Assembly (NCBI GenBank): GCA_037137755.1
Contig: JBAXJR010000002.1
Location: 118,951 to 182,950 of the forward strand
Source: Methanomicrobiales archaeon
GTDB lineage: Archaea > Halobacteriota > Methanomicrobia > Methanomicrobiales > Methanospirillaceae
DNA length: 64,000 bases
Direction of reading: 5' to 3'
Shown: positions 58,253 to 64,000 of the stretch, one piece after another
Position numbering within the stretch: the first letter of the stretch is position 1
How the letters are laid out: every line of letters begins with the position of its first letter
Translations under genes and position numbers: made by a program
The notes under the pieces: model-generated
Told to the model about the DNA's origin: nothing
The model's input: the letters and a program-made list of their open reading frames with translations, nothing else
The model's database searches: none

Positions 58253-58636
58253 TCAGATGATGCCTGACGCCCGGAGGAGTGCTTTCCTGATTATCAGGTC
58301 GGGAACTCCCTGGTACGGATTATCTCCGTGTGATATGACGGAAAATGTAATGGGTGTATTCATTTCGCACCGTCTCCCTTCACAATGTCGTTGCTCTGCT
58401 GCAACTTCAACGAGGAGGTCTTCCAGTGCACTCCCGTTCAGGATTACCCTGCTTTGCGTACCCACTGCACCGGTTACCGGTCTGGATGTGAACGTTAAGA
58501 GAATACCCTCCTTTTCAAATGCCGGCTTGAGATCTTTTAAGAGTTCACAGAAGGTCTTATTGGTATCTGTTGTAATCACCGGGATTTCAGCCAGGTCCGG
58601 TGTGTGTTCCCACACGATCTCGAGTGTTCTGATCAT
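58253..58636 (-). CDS. DUF2703-like protein
   Basis: L.I.W.H...L..L...GI......SRVILNG..LEDLL...Y..VP..IIRKAL pattern; ATG 58636. Confidence 0.65.
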   Translation of the reverse strand: MIRTLEIVWEHTPDLAEIPVITTDTNKTFCELLKDLKPAFEKEGILLTFTSRPVTGAVGTQSRVILNGSALEDLLVEVAAEQRHCEGRRCEMNTPITFSVISHGDNPYQGVPDLIIRKALLRASGII

Positions 58637-58789
58637 CGTGAATACCAATGCAGATTTCAGTTAGAATTATGGAACCCGCAGGTGGACATATCATGCCCGG
58701 CCAATTAATTATTCCGGTCCTGGAGTAACCAGGATACCTCTGAAAAAACCATTCCTCAAGACAGGATAATAGGGGGTAAAATAATATAA

Positions 58790-58835
58790 TGTCCAATAAT
58801 GTACAAAATAATACCATAATGTATTTATTAATACA
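58790..58835 (+). promoter_or_regulatory. Phased TRP-box-like sites in the trp promoter
   Basis: TGTCCA (58790), TGTACA (58800), AATACC (58810), TGTATT (58820) and AATACA (58830) at exact 10-bp spacing. Confidence 0.6.
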
Positions 58836-58941
58836 AAATTAATAGAACATACATGAGTAATGAGCAGTCTCTACAGGAGAAAATAACCCGGCAGGGCCCG
58901 GAAAATCCGGGGGCCTGTCATACGAAGGTGATGCCGGTGGA

Positions 58942-60627
58942 ATGGAGATACCAGGCGGAATAAATGGTGTCATCAGCCTGACAAAAACAGAATTTTGCAG
59001 GCTCTCACACGAATCAGCAAAGCCGGTTGTTATTCCCCTGAGTATTATAATACCGCAACCAGGTATATCCCCGGTTGATCTCTACGAAGGTCTTACTGGC
59101 CCTTTCCAAGGACATGAAAGTCCCGGATATACAGGTGGCAGGGGATTTATCCTCGAATCAATGGACCGCGACCACAGGACAGAACCCTATTCATTTCTCG
59201 GTATTTCCCCGGTCCTTCAGATCTCAATCAATGCTGTTGTCAGTAGTACCGGTGACCCTGAACTGGTCTCTCTTGTCAAGGATGTCTCCGGAGATAATGC
59301 AATTGATATAATGAAGGCCATAACCGGGGTATTTCATTACATCCCTTCATCAGTCCCACGTTTCAGCGGGGGTTTTGCCGGGTATTTCTCGTATGACCTC
59401 GTGAAATCACTCATTCCTGGGGTTGGCGCCGGCAGGCACCCACCATGCCCCGGGTCGCCCGTTGCCGAGTTTATGCTTTGCACTGAATGCATCGTCTTTG
59501 ATCATCACAACAATACCCTGTCACTCATCAGCAATGCGGTAATCCGGAAAGAACTGGACCCAGGGAACGAATATGAACGCCACCATTCAGCCCTGATGTC
59601 AAGGCTCGGATTTGTGCGGCGATATCTGGAAACCCGGTCTTCTGTACCTTCCGGTATCTCGATTGCCGGTTCACATCCAAAGGGGTATCCTTCTGTGGAT
59701 GAAATCCACGGAATTAGTAATCGAAATATTCATGATCAGATTGCCCGTAGGTCCATTCAACCTGCAGGAAACAAGTCCCCAGTTCAACACGGGACTTTGT
59801 CCCTCTCAAACAAGGAAAGGAATGAATTCATCCGTTCGGTGAAAAAGGTTAAAAAATATATCAGGGAAGGTGAGATCGTCCAGGCGGTCATTTCAAGGAA
59901 AGATGTGCTCCCCTTTACAGGGGAACCCTTTGCCCTTTACTGTGCTCTCCGGGAAGTCAACCCAGGCCCTTACATGTATTTTTTCGATTTTCCCGGCCAT
60001 GCGGTTGTCGGTGCCAGTCCGGAGATGCTGGTGCGGGTAGAAGGAAAAGTTCTTACGACCGTTCCAATTGCAGGTACCCGTAAAAGAGGGTGTACTCCTG
60101 AAGAAGATGCTGAACTGGCCCTTGAACTCCTCGGTGATGAGAAAGAACGTGCAGAACACGTCATGCTGGTAGATCTTGCAAGGAATGATGTTGGAAGCGT
60201 TTGCAGTTTTGGCTCGGTAACTGTGCCACGGTTTATGGAGATCGGAAAATATTCCCATGTCCAACATATCGTTTCAACGGTTACAGGGGAGATTAATGAC
60301 GGTTTGGATCGATTTGATGCGTTAAAGGCCGTTTTCCCGGCCGGGACTGTGACAGGTGCCCCGAAAATCAGGGCCATGCAGATCATTGACGAGCTTGAAC
60401 CGGAACCCCGGGGGCTGTATGCAGGTGCCGTCGGCTACATAGGGTTCGATAATCAGCTTGAATTCGCCATTGCCATCAGGACGGCGGATGTTAAGGACGG
60501 ATTTGCCTCGGTCCAGGCAGGTGCCGGTATTGTTGCAGACTCCTGCCCTTCAAAGGAATGGATAGAGACGAACGACAAGGCTGAAGCCATGAGGTCGGCC
60601 ATCCTGGCGGCAGGTGGATTCGTATGA
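58942..60627 (+). CDS. trpE: Anthranilate synthase component I
   Basis: FILES, FSGGFAGYFSYD, NPGPYM, ASPEML, PIAGTR, EHVMLVDLARND, FPAGTVTGAPKIRAM. Confidence 0.95.
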   Translation: MEIPGGINGVISLTKTEFCRLSHESAKPVVIPLSIIIPQPGISPVDLYEGLTGPFQGHESPGYTGGRGFILESMDRDHRTEPYSFLGISPVLQISINAVVSSTGDPELVSLVKDVSGDNAIDIMKAITGVFHYIPSSVPRFSGGFAGYFSYDLVKSLIPGVGAGRHPPCPGSPVAEFMLCTECIVFDHHNNTLSLISNAVIRKELDPGNEYERHHSALMSRLGFVRRYLETRSSVPSGISIAGSHPKGYPSVDEIHGISNRNIHDQIARRSIQPAGNKSPVQHGTLSLSNKERNEFIRSVKKVKKYIREGEIVQAVISRKDVLPFTGEPFALYCALREVNPGPYMYFFDFPGHAVVGASPEMLVRVEGKVLTTVPIAGTRKRGCTPEEDAELALELLGDEKERAEHVMLVDLARNDVGSVCSFGSVTVPRFMEIGKYSHVQHIVSTVTGEINDGLDRFDALKAVFPAGTVTGAPKIRAMQIIDELEPEPRGLYAGAVGYIGFDNQLEFAIAIRTADVKDGFASVQAGAGIVADSCPSKEWIETNDKAEAMRSAILAAGGFV

Positions 60628-61205
60628 AAGTGCTCGTCATCGACTGCTATGACAGCTTCACCTACAACCTCGTCCAGCTGGTCGGGGCGCTAGGGGCAGA
60701 TCCGGTTGTAATAAAATCTGATGCAGGGCAAAAAGCAATTGAGAATATCAGCCCCGATCGGGTAATCCTGTCTCCCGGCCCCGGTCACCCGAAAGGATCA
60801 GGGCTTTGTCTCCAGGTACTCAGGACTCTGTCCAGGACGGTCCCTACACTGGGTGTCTGTCTCGGGCACCAGGCCATCTGTCATAGTGCTGGTGCCTCAG
60901 TAGTTCAGGGTTACCACCTGATGCACGGGAAGACTTCCCTGGTAAGCCATGATGGGAAAGGGGTTTATATGGGTATTGAAAACCCGTTTGTCGCCACACG
61001 GTACCATTCCCTGGTAGTTGAACCGGAATCATTGCCCCCGTCTCTCGAAGTTACCGCACGAAGTCTCGATGACGGGTACATCATGGGAGTACGGCACAGG
61101 GATTACCCTGTTGAAGGTGTCCAGTTCCACCCGGAAAGCATTCTTTGCCTTAACGGGCCAGGAATTATCCGTAATTTCCTTTACGGGGGCGGTGTGGGAG
61201 CATGA
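60624..61205 (+). CDS. trpG: Anthranilate synthase component II (glutamine amidotransferase)
   Basis: IDCYDSFTYNL, SPGPG, LGVCLGHQ, RYHSL, QFHPES. Confidence 0.96.
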   Translation: MKVLVIDCYDSFTYNLVQLVGALGADPVVIKSDAGQKAIENISPDRVILSPGPGHPKGSGLCLQVLRTLSRTVPTLGVCLGHQAICHSAGASVVQGYHLMHGKTSLVSHDGKGVYMGIENPFVATRYHSLVVEPESLPPSLEVTARSLDDGYIMGVRHRDYPVEGVQFHPESILCLNGPGIIRNFLYGGGVGA

Positions 61206-62233
61206 ACCGTAAGCTGGTCATCAGGCAGGCGATAAGCCTGGTAGTGGGTGGACAGGACCTCAGCCGCGAAATGGCTGGGATGGTAATGGAGGAAATCATT
61301 GAAGGAAAGGTAACAGGTTCACAATCCGGGGCCTTCCTTGCTGCAATGCAGGTGAAGGGGCCATCTCCGGGGGAGATTGCCGAATTTTCCCGTGTAATGA
61401 GGTCACGTGCGGTGCCAGTCTGCACGGGACATTCAGGGACACTCCTTGATACATGCGGGACTGGTGGTGACGGGATGGCAAGTTTCAATATCAGTACCGC
61501 TGCTGCATTTGTCGCGGCTGGTGCAGGCGTTCAGGTGGTTAAACACGGGAACCGGAGCGTTTCAAGCCGGTGCGGATCAGCGGATGTGCTTGAAAAACTC
61601 GGGGTGAACCTGTCAGTGTCCCCGTCCTGTACCAACGAAATCATGAAGGAAATTGGTATTGCCTTCCTGTATGCCCCTTTGTACCATCCTGTAATGGAAA
61701 AGGTGGCCGTAACACGACGTGAGATCGGGATCAGGACCATTTTTAACCTTCTTGGTCCGCTGACAAATCCGGCAGGGGCAGATGCACAGCTAATTGGGGT
61801 ATACCACCCGGCACTTACCCGGGTTTTTGCGGGGGTCTTACGGGACCTCGGTACTACACGTGCCATGGTAGTCCATGGTGCGGGTCTGGATGAAATCACC
61901 ACGACCGGGGAGACCCGGGTGACCGAACTTACAGGCCGTCTGATCACTGAACGGACGATCCGGTGCAATGATTACGGATTTGAGGAAGTGGGTGCCGGTG
62001 ATATCGCAGGTGGAGACGCCAGTGAGAATGCGAGGATCCTGACCGATGTCCTTTCAGGGGAAAAAGGAGCTCACCGGGAGATCGTCCTCCTCAACAGTGG
62101 TGCTGCGATCTATACCGCAGGAAAGGCCTCCTCGATACAGGAAGGTATAACGGAAGCGGTACGATCTGTTGACAACGGAGGCGCAATGGGAAAACTCAAT
62201 GCCCTGGTCGATGCTACCGGTGGTATGGCATGA
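61202..62233 (+). CDS. trpD: Anthranilate phosphoribosyltransferase
   Basis: DTCGTGGDG..FNIST, KHGNRSVSS..GSAD, RTIFNLLGPLTNP, GLDE. Confidence 0.97.
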   Translation: MNRKLVIRQAISLVVGGQDLSREMAGMVMEEIIEGKVTGSQSGAFLAAMQVKGPSPGEIAEFSRVMRSRAVPVCTGHSGTLLDTCGTGGDGMASFNISTAAAFVAAGAGVQVVKHGNRSVSSRCGSADVLEKLGVNLSVSPSCTNEIMKEIGIAFLYAPLYHPVMEKVAVTRREIGIRTIFNLLGPLTNPAGADAQLIGVYHPALTRVFAGVLRDLGTTRAMVVHGAGLDEITTTGETRVTELTGRLITERTIRCNDYGFEEVGAGDIAGGDASENARILTDVLSGEKGAHREIVLLNSGAAIYTAGKASSIQEGITEAVRSVDNGGAMGKLNALVDATGGMA

Positions 62234-62991
62234 TACTTGATGAGATCGTAGAACGGACAAGATCAAGAGTTGCAATGCTGCCGGATTTCACCGGTATTCC
62301 GGTAACCGGCCCATCCGGATCCGGGCGGCTGCAGCAGGCAATATACTCTGTAAAAGACAGAAATGCGGTTATCGCGGAGATTAAATATTCATCTCCCTCT
62401 GCAGGTTGTATCAGGAGAGAGGGTGAACCTGAGGAGTTGTCAGGGATAATGAGTGACGGGGGTGCCATTGCACTTTCAGTGCTTACTGAGCCCTTCTGGT
62501 TTAATGGCTGCACCGGGAATATTTCACGTATCCGGAAGGTCTCTGATCTCCCATTGCTTCAGAAGGACTTCATTATTGACAAACGACAGATCGTGGAGAG
62601 TCGTATGCTCGGTGCGGATGCCGTCCTCCTGATTGCAGGAGTACTTGGTGACCGCCTGCCGGAATTTGTCAGGTTCTGCAGGACATGCACTATTGAACCA
62701 TTGGTAGAAATCCATTCCGGCAACGAGATCCCTCTTGTTGTCAGTTCCGGTGCCACCCTTATCGGCATCAACAACCGGGACCTCCGTACCATGAAGACCA
62801 ACCTTAACACTACGAGGCTGCTGTCTGAGAAACTGAGCAGAAAGGACCTTACCGTAATTTCCATGAGCGGGATATGCTGGCCGTTTGATATCAGGTATCT
62901 CAAAAAGTATTGCGATGCCTTTCTCATAGGCAGCTCGATCATGGCATCAGCCAGTCCGAAAAAAGTACTGGAGGGATTCGTATTCGCGTAA
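62230..62991 (+). CDS. trpC: Indole-3-glycerol phosphate synthase
   Basis: IAEIK.SSPS.G, LSVLTEP, KDFIID, GADAVLLI, IGINNRDL. Confidence 0.95.
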   Translation: MILDEIVERTRSRVAMLPDFTGIPVTGPSGSGRLQQAIYSVKDRNAVIAEIKYSSPSAGCIRREGEPEELSGIMSDGGAIALSVLTEPFWFNGCTGNISRIRKVSDLPLLQKDFIIDKRQIVESRMLGADAVLLIAGVLGDRLPEFVRFCRTCTIEPLVEIHSGNEIPLVVSSGATLIGINNRDLRTMKTNLNTTRLLSEKLSRKDLTVISMSGICWPFDIRYLKKYCDAFLIGSSIMASASPKKVLEGFVFA

Positions 62992-63572
62992 AAATATGCG
63001 GCATTACTACCATTGAGGATGCGGTACAGGCAGAGGCAGCCGGTGCAGACGCCATAGGTGTTGTGGTGTTTTCTGGTGGCGTATCAAAACGTGTAGTGAA
63101 CATTGAACGGGCGCGTGAGATCTTTGATGCTGTAGGCCCGTTCATTACAACTGTTCTGGTGAGTCATACGCAGTCCTGTTCCGATATTACCGGGATGCTG
63201 GCATTACATCCATCTGCAATCCAGATATCTCACCCCTTTTCGTTCCCCAAAGACCTGGAAACCCGCGTGATCCGGGTGATTGGAAGAGGCGAACCGCTCC
63301 CGGACGACTGTGATGCGGTCATTATTGACGACAGCCATGGACAGGGTCGGCACTACGATCCGTCATACGCCCGTGATGTGGTGGAGCGATCTGGAATACC
63401 TGTAATTCTCGCAGGGGGACTGACACCCGATAACGTGGAGGATGCAATAGGTGAGGTCCGGCCATATGCCGTTGATGTTGCATCGGGGGTTGAGACCCGG
63501 CCGGGTGAAAAAGATCCGGGCCTCTTGAGCAGGTTCATATGCAACGCAAAAGGGGTGCCGGGTGCCAGGTAA
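62982..63572 (+). CDS. trpF: Phosphoribosylanthranilate isomerase; start codon unclear (ATT 62982 proposed, next upstream ATG 62910)
   Basis: [36 protein letters not shown]. Confidence 0.9.
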   Translation: MRVKICGITTIEDAVQAEAAGADAIGVVVFSGGVSKRVVNIERAREIFDAVGPFITTVLVSHTQSCSDITGMLALHPSAIQISHPFSFPKDLETRVIRVIGRGEPLPDDCDAVIIDDSHGQGRHYDPSYARDVVERSGIPVILAGGLTPDNVEDAIGEVRPYAVDVASGVETRPGEKDPGLLSRFICNAKGVPGAR

Positions 63573-64000
63573 AAAAGGCAGGTTTGGTACATTCGGGGGA
63601 CAGTATGTCCCCGAAGCGCTGATGCCCGCGCTCATTGAACTCGAGGTGTCCTACCGGAAAATTTCCCGGGACAGAGGATTTGTCAGGGAGCTCAATTTCT
63701 ATCTGAAAAATTACGCGGGGCGGCCGACACCCCTGACCTATTGCCCGAATATGTCAGAAGACCTCGGGGCGAAGGTCTATCTCAAACGGGAAGACCTCCT
63801 CCATGGCGGGGCCCATAAACTGAATAATACCCTCGGTCAGGCACTGCTTGCCAGGTATATGGGAAAGAAGCGGCTGATTGCTGAAACAGGGGCTGGCCAG
63901 CACGGCGTTGCGACAGCGATTGCGGGGGCGATGCTTAACCTGCCTGTAGAGGTCTACATGGGTGAGGAAGACATCGCACGGCAGAGGCTGAACGTGTTCC
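63562..64000 (+). CDS. trpB: Tryptophan synthase beta subunit, partial (runs off the right edge)
   Basis: GTG 63562; [47 protein letters not shown]. Confidence 0.95.
   Translation, partial: MPGKKGRFGTFGGQYVPEALMPALIELEVSYRKISRDRGFVRELNFYLKNYAGRPTPLTYCPNMSEDLGAKVYLKREDLLHGGAHKLNNTLGQALLARYMGKKRLIAETGAGQHGVATAIAGAMLNLPVEVYMGEEDIARQRLNVF

Noticed and set aside
1-64000. tRNA, rRNA, CRISPR arrays, transposases, integrases or prophage genes
   Set aside because: No such signatures were seen by eye; tRNAscan-SE and cmscan would be needed to exclude them formally.

Overview
Chromosomal window from a methanogenic archaeon. Methanomicrobiales (Methanoregula-like) is inferred from the REC-PAS-histidine kinase hybrids, the PEGA/PKD/FxLYD surface proteins, archaeal SepF and Nre, and TATA-box promoters. 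Left to right it holds: a 15-kb run of four multi-PAS sensor genes; a cupredoxin broken by an in-frame TAG; a CNNM/CorC-family protein, a cyclophilin, a PEGA protein, SepF and a beta-propeller protein; prpE, ilvA and satP; three more sensor kinases; a six-gene operon of unknown function (41027-43287); an Orn/Lys/Arg decarboxylase plus APC permease module; a complete mercury-methylation hgcCAB operon with a candidate operator; Nre; two pseudogenes; and trpEGDCFB (running off the window) with phased TRP-box-like sites. The six-gene operon encodes a CDC48-N-like/RCK_C protein, a membrane-anchored coiled coil, three paralogous coiled-coil proteins and an 8-Cys FYVE-like zinc finger. No rRNA, tRNA, CRISPR array or transposase was seen. 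The best candidates for something undescribed are that operon and a ~150-bp structured element found three times between convergent genes. All family assignments come from reading motifs by eye; no database search was run.
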